64,000 bases of DNA from the NCBI GenBank assembly GCA_043799715.1, contig JAZDNM010000003.1, forward strand, positions 156,903 through 220,902, read 5' to 3'. Under the pieces are notes generated by a model. The model had not been told where the DNA came from and ran no database searches. It worked only from the letters and a program-made list of their open reading frames with translations. The DNA comes from an archaeon. Its GTDB lineage: Archaea; Nanobdellota; Nanobdellia; Pacearchaeales; DTIR01. The first letter of the stretch is position 1, and every line of letters begins with the position of its first letter. This document shows, one piece after another, positions 51,752 through 63,400 of this stretch. The position numbers and the translations under genes are program-made.

Positions 51752-52090
51752 TTATCTGCAAGGACCCCCATCTAATGCCCCAAGATGAAGTTCTAATGGG
51801 GACTTAAACTTTGTAACAAGCCCTTTTTCCTTTGCTTTTAGGGCATCATTATAAAGTCTCTCAAAAACGTGATGTACAACCCTCTCGGGGCATTGAGAAA
51901 CCAGCTCAAATTTTTTACCATAATCCAATCTTGACACTCTTAATTTGTCATAAATAAGAGATATCAACTCTTTCTTCTTTCCCACATTATATCTGTTTGT
52001 CTGCGTAACAAAGTCTGGATTGAAGCAGGGTTTATAGATGGTTTCATTTAGGAGTATTGCATAAAAATCATTCTTTTTTATCTTCATCAT
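51752..52090 (-). CDS. Hypothetical protein (~112 aa) between fen and polB
   Basis: AGGAG SD 6 nt upstream of ATGATG at 52090. No family recognised. Confidence 0.45.
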   Translation of the reverse strand: MMKIKKNDFYAILLNETIYKPCFNPDFVTQTNRYNVGKKKELISLIYDKLRVSRLDYGKKFELVSQCPERVVHHVFERLYNDALKAKEKGLVTKFKSPLELHLGALDGGPCR

Positions 52091-52192
52091 TTTTTCTCCT
52101 ATTTTGTTATTATCACATAGTAACAACTATATTTAAACCTTTCTATTTTTTGCTTGGGATAAATTTTAATATTGCCTGTTCATCCTCCTTGA

Positions 52193-54637
52193 ATGGAATT
52201 CAGGTTTATCGCCCTTGATTATGACTATTTTGATTTTGGAAATGAGAGCTTTGTCAGGATATGGGGCAGGGATGGCAAGGGAAAAAGGGTTTGCGTGATT
52301 GATGACTGCAAGGCATATCTCTGGGCTGTAGTGAAGGAAGATGCAGGAAAGAAGGATATTGCAGATTTGATTGAGAAAATAAAAGGCATAAAATCAGAGG
52401 CAGCTGGAAGAAAAGTTTATGTTAAGGATGTTTCTCTGCATGAAAAGAATTTCCTTGGAAAACCTGTAAAGGCATTGAAAATAACAATAAGCAATCATAA
52501 GGACATGCAGGTTGTTTCTGAAATTGTCCGAGATTTCAAAGAAGTTGAAATGCGGAGGGAGACAGACATAAATGCTGTGACAAGGTACATAATTGACAGG
52601 AAAATCCTTCCTTTGCAATGGCATTCTGTTTCAGGCAGGATTCTTGATGATACTGATTTTGGAGGAATCAGCAATGTTCTTGATGTTGATTTGGCTGTAA
52701 GGGCTGAAAAGATTTCATTGTCTCATGATGCCCAGTTCAAGCCGAAAATAATGTCTTTTGACATTGAGACAGACAGTTTTGAGATTGGCAATGGAAGCAT
52801 ACTGATGATTTCCCTTGTCTCAGGAAATTTAAAGAAAGTGCTGACATGGAAAAAATTTCCTGCAGACAGCTATGTTGAGTTCTGCAGGGATGAGGCAGAA
52901 ATGATTGAGAAATTCTGCGAATACATAAAAAAGGAGAAGCCTGATGTTCTTGCAGGATATTTTTCTGACGGGTTTGACATGCCTTATTTAAGAGCAAGGG
53001 CTGAAAAGCACAAAGTAAAAATGGATATCGGCTTGGATGGCTCGCAGCCTGTTTTTGCAAGAGGTAGGATAACAAGTTCAAGAATAGCTGGCATTGTGCA
53101 CATTGACTTGTTTCGCTTTATTGAAACAGCTTATTCCCAGTATCTGCAGTCAGAAACCCTTGGCTTGAATGAAGTGGCAACAGAACTTCTTGGGGAAGGC
53201 AAAAAGAATTTTGAGCACAAGCATTCATCCCATCTTGACAGCGGGGAATGGAAGCAGTATTTTGAATATAATCTTCAGGACTCACTGATTACATATAATC
53301 TGGCAGAAAAAATATGGCAGGATATTGAGGCATTCAGCAGGATAATACAGGAGCCGTTGTTTGTTGTCACAAGGGACAGAATGTCGCAGCTGGTTGAAAA
53401 TTATATCCTCCATAATCTCGATAAGTTTAATGAAATCGCAGAGAAAAGGCCTTTGCATGATGAGATAGGCGAAAGAAGATTAAGAGAGAAGTATGAAGGC
53501 GCATTTGTTTTCCAGCCTGTTCCTGCGCTTTATGAAAATCTTGCTATCTTTGACTTTACAAGCATGTATGGAAGCATTATTGTCTCGCACAACCTGTCAA
53601 AATCAACTCTTCTTGAAAAGAAAGAGAAAGACTCATTTGAAGCTGACATCGGAAAAAAAGTCTATTTCGGCAAAAAGCAGGGGTTCTTTTCCTTGATGCT
53701 GTCGGATATAATAGCCAAGAGAAAAAAATACAAGCAGGAATACAGGAAAGATTCAAGCGCAATGAATTTTGCGAGGAGCAATGCATACAAGCTTCTTGCA
53801 AATGCAAGCTATGGTTATCAGGGATTTTTTGGGGCGAGATATTACTGTATTGAGGCAGCTGCAGCAACTGCGGCATTGGCAAGAAAATTTCTTAAGGAGG
53901 TTATTGACAAGATTGATAATTCAGGATGCAAAGTTGTTTATGCTGATACCGATGGTATAGCATTCCTGTTGCAGAATAAAAGCAGGAATGAGACACTCAA
54001 TCTGCTTAAAAAACTGAATTCTGAACTGCCGGGCATAATGGAGCTTGAGCTTGAGGATTTTTACAAAAGGGGATTATGGGTTACAAAAAGAACAGGGGAA
54101 TTTGGGGCAAAAAAGAAATATGCCCTGCTTAATGACAAGAACAAGCTTAAAATTAGGGGGTTTGAGACCGTAAGAAGGGACTGGTGCACTCTTGCAAGGG
54201 AAGTGCAGAATGATGTTCTTGAAAGAATTTTGAAAGAAGGAAATGCTGAATCAAGCATCAAGCTTGTAAAAGAGGTTATCGCAAAAATCAGGAAAAGGGC
54301 TGCAGAAAAAGAAAAACTGATGATAAGAACCCAGTTAAAAAAGGAAATTTCCGAGTATGTTTCTGAAGGTCCGCATGTTGCAATAGCAAAAAAAATGGTT
54401 GCACTTGGGATGCCTGTTGACGCTGGAATGCTCATTGAGTATTATATCTCAGAAGGCAATGGAAAAAAACAGCTAATAAGGGAAAGGGCAAGGCTTCCTG
54501 ATGAGAAAGGGGAGTATGACATTGATTATTATCTAGAGCATCAGATTATCCCTGCTGTTGAGAACATATTTGAAGTGTTTGGCACAAAGAAAGAGGATTT
54601 GCTCGGCAAATCCCAGAAAAAGCTGCAAGAGTTTTAG
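52193..54637 (+). CDS. polB: Family B DNA polymerase
   Basis: Exo I FDIET, Exo II YFSDGFDMPYL, motif A DFTSMYGSII, motif B KLLANASYGY, motif C YADTDG. 814 aa. Confidence 0.95.
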   Translation: MEFRFIALDYDYFDFGNESFVRIWGRDGKGKRVCVIDDCKAYLWAVVKEDAGKKDIADLIEKIKGIKSEAAGRKVYVKDVSLHEKNFLGKPVKALKITISNHKDMQVVSEIVRDFKEVEMRRETDINAVTRYIIDRKILPLQWHSVSGRILDDTDFGGISNVLDVDLAVRAEKISLSHDAQFKPKIMSFDIETDSFEIGNGSILMISLVSGNLKKVLTWKKFPADSYVEFCRDEAEMIEKFCEYIKKEKPDVLAGYFSDGFDMPYLRARAEKHKVKMDIGLDGSQPVFARGRITSSRIAGIVHIDLFRFIETAYSQYLQSETLGLNEVATELLGEGKKNFEHKHSSHLDSGEWKQYFEYNLQDSLITYNLAEKIWQDIEAFSRIIQEPLFVVTRDRMSQLVENYILHNLDKFNEIAEKRPLHDEIGERRLREKYEGAFVFQPVPALYENLAIFDFTSMYGSIIVSHNLSKSTLLEKKEKDSFEADIGKKVYFGKKQGFFSLMLSDIIAKRKKYKQEYRKDSSAMNFARSNAYKLLANASYGYQGFFGARYYCIEAAAATAALARKFLKEVIDKIDNSGCKVVYADTDGIAFLLQNKSRNETLNLLKKLNSELPGIMELELEDFYKRGLWVTKRTGEFGAKKKYALLNDKNKLKIRGFETVRRDWCTLAREVQNDVLERILKEGNAESSIKLVKEVIAKIRKRAAEKEKLMIRTQLKKEISEYVSEGPHVAIAKKMVALGMPVDAGMLIEYYISEGNGKKQLIRERARLPDEKGEYDIDYYLEHQIIPAVENIFEVFGTKKEDLLGKSQKKLQEF

Positions 54638-56004
54638 ATTCTCGGCTTTTTGACGCTCTTTATTCTTTTTCTTGCTGTTCTGAAGATGAATCCTACAAGA
54701 AGAATGTCAGCGGTTATGAACATTGACATTGCAAATATGTCAAAGAAGTTGCGTTTTGCATATGAATAAATGCACTCCTTGCAGCTGCCGCCGCAGTCCT
54801 CTCCTGTCTCGTCATAATCTTTTTTGCCATCATAGCAGTACCAGCAGTAACTCGCCTCGCTGAGCCTGTTCAGGCTCAGGTCAATATCCATTCTCGGAGT
54901 CTCGCCAACCATATATTCGCTTATCCTGCTTATGAACTGTCCTGTATCTTCATTGAAAATTTCCACATATTTCGCGTTGCACCAGTCAACGCGCCTGGTT
55001 ATGATAGGCACTGTGCCATTGCATTCCCTTGATTCTAGGCCTACCCCTCCTGTGCAGTACTGCTCATCATAGCAAAGGCGTTCTTGCTTCATCCTGACAG
55101 CATCTATTATCATTCCAGAAATTATAACGCCTGAATCATAATTCATCCTGCAGCCCTGCCAGTCCATGCATGTCCAGTTTGGCTTGCACTTCACATCCTT
55201 TGCTATACATACAGGGTCTACCCAGTCTGTAGGCGGCCTGTATGTATCATATTCACATTCTGGATTGATTTTAGTGCATTCCCTGTGCCTTTTTCCTGAT
55301 AAGCAGTCAGTCCAGTTCCCGCACTGCCACAAGTCAATGCAGCTTTGGTTTACTATGTTAAAATGCCATTCAAGAATTTTTGAATTCCTTGAATCATTGA
55401 TGACTACCTTAATAACATATTTCTCAATTGCCTCTGTGTATTTCTGGTTTTTGAGAAGCTCCCCTCTTATAATCGCGGAGGTTTTGTTATACACAAAGCT
55501 GCTTGTTATCTTGCCGTCTGCACGCTCCTGCTTTGCAACCTTGCCATTTACAAGCCACTCAACCTGAAGCATGTCATTGTCAGGGTCAAATGCAATAACG
55601 CTGAATTCAATCTGCCCTGGCGAGACTACAAACGCCTTTAAGGCAGGGAAACTCATCTCAACAACTGGCTCAAGGTTTGTTATTTTCAAGTTATCCGGCT
55701 CTTTTTCCTCTTTCAGGGACTTGTTCGAATAGAAAGTGATTATCTCATCCCCTATCCATCCCTGAATTGGAGTAACTGTCGCAACTCCCTGAGATATCTT
55801 CACAGTTACGTTTTTGACCTCGCTGTAATAATACTCCTTCATAAGAGGCATATATTTTGTCAAATCAACAGAGAAATTGCTTCCATCCCCTCTTGAATGG
55901 AACTTTATTGTGAGAGTGTCATCTTCAGCAGAGATAAGATTAAGCAATAGCACAACAGCAAGGACAGTGAGAAATACTGCCTGAAGAATACCCCTTTTTT
56001 CCAT
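54634..56004 (-). CDS. Hypothetical Cys-rich surface protein (signal peptide, C-terminal TM anchor)
   Basis: Signal ILQAVFLTVLAVVLLLNLISA. Repeated C..W.C..W..C modules (CIDLWQCGNWTDC, CKPNWTCMDWQGC). CGGSCKEC. C-terminal TM plus basic tail. Confidence 0.6.
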   Translation of the reverse strand: MEKRGILQAVFLTVLAVVLLLNLISAEDDTLTIKFHSRGDGSNFSVDLTKYMPLMKEYYYSEVKNVTVKISQGVATVTPIQGWIGDEIITFYSNKSLKEEKEPDNLKITNLEPVVEMSFPALKAFVVSPGQIEFSVIAFDPDNDMLQVEWLVNGKVAKQERADGKITSSFVYNKTSAIIRGELLKNQKYTEAIEKYVIKVVINDSRNSKILEWHFNIVNQSCIDLWQCGNWTDCLSGKRHRECTKINPECEYDTYRPPTDWVDPVCIAKDVKCKPNWTCMDWQGCRMNYDSGVIISGMIIDAVRMKQERLCYDEQYCTGGVGLESRECNGTVPIITRRVDWCNAKYVEIFNEDTGQFISRISEYMVGETPRMDIDLSLNRLSEASYCWYCYDGKKDYDETGEDCGGSCKECIYSYAKRNFFDIFAMSMFITADILLVGFIFRTARKRIKSVKKPRI

Positions 56005-56087
56005 ATTTAAGCTATATGTTCAGCATTTTTTAATCTTTTGCCTGCTTTCTGCAAAAACTTTTTATACTAACTTCTAGTAGTATAAAT

Positions 56088-57533
56088 ATGAAGGGAAAAT
56101 TAAGATTGAGCATCTTTTTTGCTGCTATGATTTTATTCCAAAGAGGCGGGCTTGCTGCAGGGGAGATTACAATAGGCAGCAAAAGCTATCCTTCAATTAT
56201 CCTTATTCCAATAATCTCAATTATCATATGCTCTGCTATTCTTATAGTCCTGCTTGTTAATATCGCGAGAAGGAAAATTGACACTTCCGGCTTGCGGGGA
56301 ATAGGCAGAAGCTTATTCACGAAAAAGCAGAAGAAAGTGACAAGGCAGGAGAATATCTACTTGAGGGACATCAAAAAATTCAGGAAAGAGCTTGCTGGAA
56401 AATCTGTTGACGAGGCATTCAATCTTCTTTCTGGCATAACCAACAGATTTTTCAAGGAAATCCTAAATTTGAATTATGAGTTTACATATGACGAGCTTGA
56501 AAAGGAATTACTGAAAAGAAACAAGAAAAAAGAGCTTGTTGAGATATGCAGGCAGATGTCTGAGATGAGATACAGCGGAAAGAAAGTGACAAGGCAGGAG
56601 CTTGATGATTTCTCATTAAGAATAGAGCAGATTGTACGCAAAGAGGATTTGAAAAAAGAGGAAACAGAACTGAAAGTCAGCAGGGCTCTTGAAAAAGGCA
56701 AGCCTGATTTTTTCAGCAGGATTATGCAGATGCAGACTGAGAAAAGCAAGAAAAAACATCTCATTGAGCTTATGGGGCAGGAGGAAGAGGCGCTAAAAAA
56801 GGATATGGAGATAGCAAAGAAAATATACCATAACATACTCTCCTCTTATTACAAACTGCCGTCAAAAGACAGGAAAGAAATATACGAGAAACTGACAAAT
56901 TTTTACAAACAAGTCAATAGCATGCTGTTTTCTTCTTTCTACGGGCAGCAGAGCAGGAAACAGGTTGAATCTTTCAAGAGAGAGCTTGAAGAGCTTCATA
57001 AAAAAGCAGAGAAGGTTATTGCAAAAGAAAAGACAGGGATGATAAAAGTTCCTGAGATTAAAAAGCCTCATGCTGAAAGCGTGAAAGAAAGAGCTGCAAG
57101 CAGGGAAGAATTAAAGAAACTTGAGAAGATTGAGAAAGAGGCAAGAGAGAGAATTAAGAGCATATCAGAAAGTGTTGTGGAACAGCATCTTGTTCATCAG
57201 GAAATAAAACCAGAGCCAAAGACAACAATCAGGGAGATAAAATACACTGTTCCTCAGGAGCACATCAGGATTCACGAGCCAATTCGCAGAGAAAGCGAGA
57301 ATGCACCTATCATAAGAAAAGCGCCTGAAATAAAGGTTCATGCCGAGAAAGAGAAGATTGTTGCTGAGAAAAAAGAAGTGAGGCATGAGATTAAGCAGGA
57401 ACACAAGCCCCTTGCTGAACACAAGATTATTGAGAAAAAACAAGTTCAGGAAACAGACGCAAAGAGCAGGAAATTCATGCATATCGCAAAAGAAGAGCAG
57501 GAGATAAGGGATAAATTAGCAAGATTAAGCTAG
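56088..57533 (+). CDS. Hypothetical membrane-anchored K/E-rich coiled-coil protein
   Basis: Signal-like N-terminus, TM IILIPIISIIICSAILIVLLV, then about 400 aa of charged heptad-like sequence. Confidence 0.5.
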   Translation: MKGKLRLSIFFAAMILFQRGGLAAGEITIGSKSYPSIILIPIISIIICSAILIVLLVNIARRKIDTSGLRGIGRSLFTKKQKKVTRQENIYLRDIKKFRKELAGKSVDEAFNLLSGITNRFFKEILNLNYEFTYDELEKELLKRNKKKELVEICRQMSEMRYSGKKVTRQELDDFSLRIEQIVRKEDLKKEETELKVSRALEKGKPDFFSRIMQMQTEKSKKKHLIELMGQEEEALKKDMEIAKKIYHNILSSYYKLPSKDRKEIYEKLTNFYKQVNSMLFSSFYGQQSRKQVESFKRELEELHKKAEKVIAKEKTGMIKVPEIKKPHAESVKERAASREELKKLEKIEKEARERIKSISESVVEQHLVHQEIKPEPKTTIREIKYTVPQEHIRIHEPIRRESENAPIIRKAPEIKVHAEKEKIVAEKKEVRHEIKQEHKPLAEHKIIEKKQVQETDAKSRKFMHIAKEEQEIRDKLARLS

Positions 57534-57560
57534 GAATTTTTGCATTCTGCATTTCAGGAA

Positions 57561-58496
57561 TTAAGGCAGTGTCCTGTATCTTGTGTTAACCAAAAACCAT
57601 TCAGTAAGCAGAAGCGCAAGCGCAATGAAGATAAGAGTTATAGAAGCATTGAAAGATAATCTCACACTTGTATTAGTCATAATCTCCCTGTATGCCTGCA
57701 CAAGCTCATTCTTGTTTTTTGTCTCATGATAAGTCCCGCCTGTGTTGTATGCAAGCGATTTCAATGAATCAGTGTCAAGCTTTGAATAAAGCTTATAATC
57801 GCCCATCTGGAGCTGCCCGCCTTCCTCTGTGCCTAAGCCTATTGTGTGTATTGTGACTGAATTCTTCTTTGCATATTCTATTGTGTCGTCAATTGTCCCT
57901 ATATTCAGCTGCCCGTCTGTCAGCAGTATGATTGTCTTGAGGTTCTTGCCTGAGAGCAGCGCATCAACAGAAGTCACAACAGCGTCAAGTATGTCTGTCC
58001 CACCGATATACTTTATGTTTATCGCGCTTATTGCGCTTTTGATTTTAATCATGTCTGATGTCAGCTCCTGCTCGACAAATGACGAGCCTGAAAATGAAAT
58101 TACCGCAATCTCTGCCCTGCCCTGCAATGAATCAATAAAAATTATTGCGGCATCTTTTGCAACCTCAAGCCTGTTTGGATACACATCCTCAGAAAGCATG
58201 CTGCTTGAAGCGTCTATTGCAAGGGAATAATCAAAAGTGCTTGACTTTCCTGTGTAAAAAATTGTAGTGCCTGCTGCAGCGAGGATAATGCAAGTCACAA
58301 TAACAAGCCTAAGATAAAGCAGAAGAATGTTCTTTGAAAAAATCTCTGTGCCTGAAACTCGCTCAATGGCCTCAAAGTTTGCAAATTTCAACGCCCTTCT
58401 TTTTACATGCTTCAATGTGACAAAATGCAGCAGGATTATAACCAGCAGTGCCCAGAGAAACCAGAGATATGCAGGATTTTTGAACACTATCTCCAT
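57561..58496 (-). CDS. VWA-domain membrane protein (BatA-like)
   Basis: N-terminal TMs, MIDAS context AIDASSSM, ILLTDGQ, C-terminal TM. Confidence 0.8.
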   Translation of the reverse strand: MEIVFKNPAYLWFLWALLVIILLHFVTLKHVKRRALKFANFEAIERVSGTEIFSKNILLLYLRLVIVTCIILAAAGTTIFYTGKSSTFDYSLAIDASSSMLSEDVYPNRLEVAKDAAIIFIDSLQGRAEIAVISFSGSSFVEQELTSDMIKIKSAISAINIKYIGGTDILDAVVTSVDALLSGKNLKTIILLTDGQLNIGTIDDTIEYAKKNSVTIHTIGLGTEEGGQLQMGDYKLYSKLDTDSLKSLAYNTGGTYHETKNKNELVQAYREIMTNTSVRLSFNASITLIFIALALLLTEWFLVNTRYRTLP

Positions 58497-59377
58497 TTTT
58501 TTGCCCTCTTCTTGAAAAACTCAATCAACGGCCCTACAAAAGATTTTTCTGTCGGGATAAGCACAAAATCCGCCTGTGCGCTCATGAACATGTCCTCTGT
58601 CTGCTGAATCTGCGCCTTGGCATATTTTTCATATGAATCCTTGATTAATGCTGGGTCAACAAGCATTGTCTTGCCTGAATAAGGGTCCTCAAGAATTATC
58701 TGCTGCGATAATGAAGGCAGAGTCCTGTCTCTGGGATCGGAAACCATAACGCAGATTGTCTCAAACTTCTGGCTCAGCACTCTCAGGCTTTTTGCCCAGT
58801 TTCTCGGCCCTATAAAATCAGAAAAAATCATTACAAGCGCGACTGAGTCAGGAATTCTTCCAATAAGGGATTTTAATGCTGCATCCAGGTCAAAATTTCC
58901 TGAATAAATTTCAGGATTTGAAAGGGAATTCACAAGAACATGCAGCTGCTTGCTTCCTGCAACAGGATTTTTTTCAGTTATCACCCTGTCATTAAATAGC
59001 GCAAACCCAACCCTGTCCCCTTCTTTTAATATATAATTTGCAAGAGATGCAGCCATTTCAAGAGTGTATTCATTTTTCAATTTTGAAGTTGAGCCAAAAA
59101 CCATGCTGCTGCTCACGTCAATCAGAAAGAATATCTGCAAGTCCCTTTCCTCGACATACTCGCGCATGATTATATCATTTGCCCTCGCGCTTGCTTTCCA
59201 GTCAATCCTGCTTGCGTCATCCATTGGAGTGTAGGAAGTGTACCTGTCAAACTCAAGCCCCTTGCCCCTGAATATGCTCTGGTAATGCCCTATTATCCTT
59301 GTCAGAACCATTTTTTTTATCGCAAGCTCAAACTGGGTTACTGCCTGCGTGACATCAACATTCAAGTATCTTCTCAT
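58487..59377 (-). CDS. DUF58-domain protein
   Basis: RIDWKASARANDIIMREYVEERDLQIFFLIDVSSSM is typical of DUF58. Overlaps the downstream VWA gene by 10 nt. Confidence 0.8.
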   Translation of the reverse strand: MRRYLNVDVTQAVTQFELAIKKMVLTRIIGHYQSIFRGKGLEFDRYTSYTPMDDASRIDWKASARANDIIMREYVEERDLQIFFLIDVSSSMVFGSTSKLKNEYTLEMAASLANYILKEGDRVGFALFNDRVITEKNPVAGSKQLHVLVNSLSNPEIYSGNFDLDAALKSLIGRIPDSVALVMIFSDFIGPRNWAKSLRVLSQKFETICVMVSDPRDRTLPSLSQQIILEDPYSGKTMLVDPALIKDSYEKYAKAQIQQTEDMFMSAQADFVLIPTEKSFVGPLIEFFKKRAKKWR

Positions 59378-59414
59378 TTTTTCTTTTATGCTCCCAAAAA
59401 TTTTTGAACTCGGG

Positions 59415-60395
59415 CTATGGGACAGGCACTTTCGAGAGAATTTCTGTTATTATGTCCTCTGTCTTTATGTTTTCCGCCTGCCCCTCATAATTAAGCAGTA
59501 TCCTGTGCCTGAGGACATCATATGCAACATTCTTCACATGCTGCGGCACGACAAAGCTGTTGTTGTGCATAAGCGCTTCTGCCTTGGCGGCAATAAATAA
59601 TCCGATAGAAGCCCTGGGGGATGCGCCCCATTCAATATACTTGCCGAGATTAAGCCCCTTGGGATTTCTTGTCATATTGACAATCTTCACTATATACTGC
59701 TCTATAGCCTTGCTCATAAAAACTTTTTTTGTAACCCTCTGCATTTCAACAATCTCCTTGGGAGAGGTTTTTGCCTTCAGCTCGAACTCCTCAAATTTTT
59801 TCAAGGTCATGTTGTTCCGGACTATTTTTTCCTCATCCTGAATGCTTGGATAACCCATAAGAAGCTTGAAAAGAAACCTGTCAACCTGCGCTTCAGGAAG
59901 CGTATAAACACCTGCTGTTTCTATGGGATTCTGCGTTGCCATTACAAAGAATGGAAGCGGCAGCGGAAATGTTTCTTTCCCTATTGTAACCTGCTTTTCC
60001 TGCATCGCCTCAAGCAGAGCTGACTGCGTTTTTGGCGGGCTTCTGTTTATTTCATCAGCGAGGATATAATTGGCAAAAATAGGACCCTTTACTATTGTAA
60101 AGCCCTGCTCTCTTGTATATGTTGTTATTCCAAGTATATCTGTAGGCAGCAAATCAACTGTGAACTGGATTCTCTTGAACTCGCAACCGGTAACTTCCCC
60201 CAATGCCCTGACAAGAAGCGTCTTGGCTATGCCTGGAACTCCCTCAATAAGCACATGCCCGTCAGCGAGCAGCGCCCTTAACAGCCCTTCAACAATTTTG
60301 TCCTGCCCGACAACTGCCTGGCTTATCTCCTTTCTTATTCTTGAGAGTATCTCAGAACAGTGCTTTATCTTGTCTTTCAGGCTATCTTGTTGCAT
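59415..60395 (-). CDS. moxR: MoxR-family AAA+ ATPase
   Basis: Walker A GVPGIAKT, Walker B LADEINRSPPKTQSALLEAMQE, ATQNPIE. Confidence 0.9.
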   Translation of the reverse strand: MQQDSLKDKIKHCSEILSRIRKEISQAVVGQDKIVEGLLRALLADGHVLIEGVPGIAKTLLVRALGEVTGCEFKRIQFTVDLLPTDILGITTYTREQGFTIVKGPIFANYILADEINRSPPKTQSALLEAMQEKQVTIGKETFPLPLPFFVMATQNPIETAGVYTLPEAQVDRFLFKLLMGYPSIQDEEKIVRNNMTLKKFEEFELKAKTSPKEIVEMQRVTKKVFMSKAIEQYIVKIVNMTRNPKGLNLGKYIEWGASPRASIGLFIAAKAEALMHNNSFVVPQHVKNVAYDVLRHRILLNYEGQAENIKTEDIITEILSKVPVP

Positions 60396-60478
60396 TTTTC
60401 CCCTTTTGTTTTTATATGCTGCTTGATGAGTTTTGGCTCTTCTTGTTTATAAAAGTTTTTATCTATATCGCAGGGCAG

Positions 60479-63400
60479 TTATCTCCTTTTCATTATCATT
60501 TTTCTCTGTGTGTAATGGTAAATTAAGTAGAGCAGAAGGAAAACAAAAAGCCCTTCAAAAGCAGGCAGGACAAAATCCTGCACTCTGAACTTCTTTTTTA
60601 TCTCAACAGTTTTTCCTTTTGACGCTATGGCATATTTGCACGCCTGCACTGCTGCCTCTGACAGCTGCAATGCCTTGGCATAATTTCCGCTGTCAAGCTC
60701 CTTTTTTGCCTGCTTCAGGACTTCCTGCAGTTCAAGGCATTCAGGGTTGCCAAGCAGAAGCTCCTGCAGGAAAACAATTTTCTCCTGCGCTTTTATCTTT
60801 TCCTTGTATCCCAGCTCAACAAGATTTACAAAGAAACTTGCCGAGTCAGTGTAAGAAGGAGTCCTGGATGTTCCAGTGAGTATAACTTCATAGGTGCCTG
60901 TTGTGTTTGTGTTTGTAACAAGCGTCATTTCAAAAGTTTCCTTCTGCTTGCTTGCAAGCTTGTCAAACTTGCTCCTGCTCAGGGAGGCATTCATTCCGTC
61001 AGGCAGCGAGGATACAGTCAGTGTTATTCCATACAAATCTATTGTGCCGTTGTTGAGCACAGAGATAGGAACTATAATCCTGTCCTTTGCGTACATTGTC
61101 ATTGGCTCAGGCATGACTATCTTGAGAGCAATAGGGGTTTTTCTTGTGTCTCCGCCTCCGCCCCCTCCTCCAGAAGTTGGAACAGGCACTGACGCAGGGG
61201 AATTCACAGTAAGATTGACAATAAACTTGTTTGAGGTAACATTGTATGTTGCATTCTGGAAATCAACTGCGGTGATATTGAAGCATTCAGCTATTGTCGC
61301 TGTTGTGTAGAATATAGCAGAAACAGTATTGCTGTTTAATGTTGTTGTTATTGCTGGGCTGTTCTTCTTTGTTATGCAATCGGACTGCATCACTCCAATT
61401 GAAAGATTTATTGAATGGTTGTATCTTGCATCAGTATGATCCTCATCTGAAAAATACCCCCCTGCAGATACTGCTGTGCCACCTGTGGTGCACATTCCTG
61501 AATCACTGCTTAAATCGCATGTCACAGTAACAGAGCTTGTGTCGCTCATTGTTATGTTGCTTATAGTCCCTGTGAATTTTGGAGGGGAATTTGTATGGTT
61601 TACTGAGACATTCCAGGATACAATGCTGAAATTGTTCGCGGAGTCATAAGCCCATAAAGTGATATTATGGGCTGTTGTGTTTGTGGTTTCTGATAAGAAG
61701 GTTGTATTATATCTCCACCACGGAGAACTGTTGTTGCTTGCGGTTTCTGTCTTGTTTATAGCGCCATCAACTCTCCATGTAACATTCAGGATATCATTGT
61801 TTGGAAGATGCGCATTCTCATCAGAGACAATCGCCTGGAACAGGGCTGTTGAATTTTCCTCCATGTTGTACTGCAGTTCTATTGTTGGCGCAAACCTGTC
61901 TATTGCTGGCGGGACATTGTATTCATAAACAACAATCCTGAAAAGCGTTGAGTTGCTGACATTATTTGCGCTGTTTATTCCTGTGTCATATACAGTAAGA
62001 TTAACCCACCATCCATTTGCCCTAATCTTGTTTCTGCCGACTGTGAAATTAACCTTGCCTGTCCCGTTCTGAACCTTGAACCATGTTTCGTTAGAGACAA
62101 ATGTCAGGTTAAGATTAAAGGTATTGTCATTTCCATCCTCCACATCGGTCACATTTATGTCAATGCACTCAAGGCATGTGTAATTATTTGATGAGTTAAG
62201 CGTCACATTAATAGGCGAGCCGATATATGTGAAATAAGGCGCGTGATTTACCCCACCCACAGTGATAGTAAACTCCTGCGAGTCCATCCTGCCTGTGGAA
62301 TCATTTAGAGTTATGTTGACTGTATGAACCCCAACATCTGTCTTGTTTGGAGTGAATGATATTGCTGCTGTCTTGTTGTCTGTGACTGCAAAATGCAACT
62401 TGCCTGAAGTAAACCAGGGAGTGGTGGAGTTTATGCTCCAGTTGATATTCTCAGAATAAAATCCTGATGCCGAGACATTCATGCTCAAGTCCTCATCATT
62501 TGCATACATTGTCATTGACAGCGCTGAATCTTCTGAAACACTCTGGTTTGCTATAAGATATAATCTCGGAGTTTCATTTGAATTTTTGATGTTAAATGTG
62601 AACATTTTGCTTGAGTTTACTGCCCCTCTTGCATCTGTAAGCGTAATAATCGCGGAATATGTGCCTAATCCGGAATCATTTGCCTTGTCAGATGTTATTG
62701 TAAATGCCCCTGAGCTGGAAATAGCAAAAAGCCCTGTGTTGTCGCTGAAAGTTATTGCGTCTGAGTCATCATCAGTTGCATTTGCATTAAGGTTTAATGT
62801 GAATGTCTGTGCAGGAGTGAATTCATTCATCGTGAACTCTGTTTCAAGAGGAGAATTCCAGTAAGGCACAGTATTCGCAAATATTGATATGTTGAAAACC
62901 CTTGAACTTATTGAATAATTGTTCCTGTCCCAGACAGTTATGTTTACTGTGTAATTTCCAGCATCTGACTGGGAAGGTGTAAACTTGAGATATGCTGAGG
63001 TGGTATTTCCAGAGGTTGCATTCTTTATTATTCTGAAAAGCGTTGTGTTTGTTCCGGGATTGTTTCCGCCTGCAGTCAGTCCTGTTATCTCCCTTGAAAA
63101 GTTCAGGCTCTCGTTATAGCATCCATAGTCACAAACCCTTCCCTGAATGGGAATTCTCAAGTCATCATCGCTTGCATTCATCTCAAGATAGAATTCCGCC
63201 TGCATATAGGACTCAAAAGTGCTGTTTGCCGCAGCAAGAACAACAGAATCATCCACATTGGAAATATTAAAATGTATAACTGTGGAATTCATGCCGCCAT
63301 AAGTGTCATTAATGGTTATGTTTATGTGCCACACGCCGACTACTGAATCATTGGCTGTGAAGTTTATCTGGCTGCTTGAATTGCCGCTTATATTTTCAGT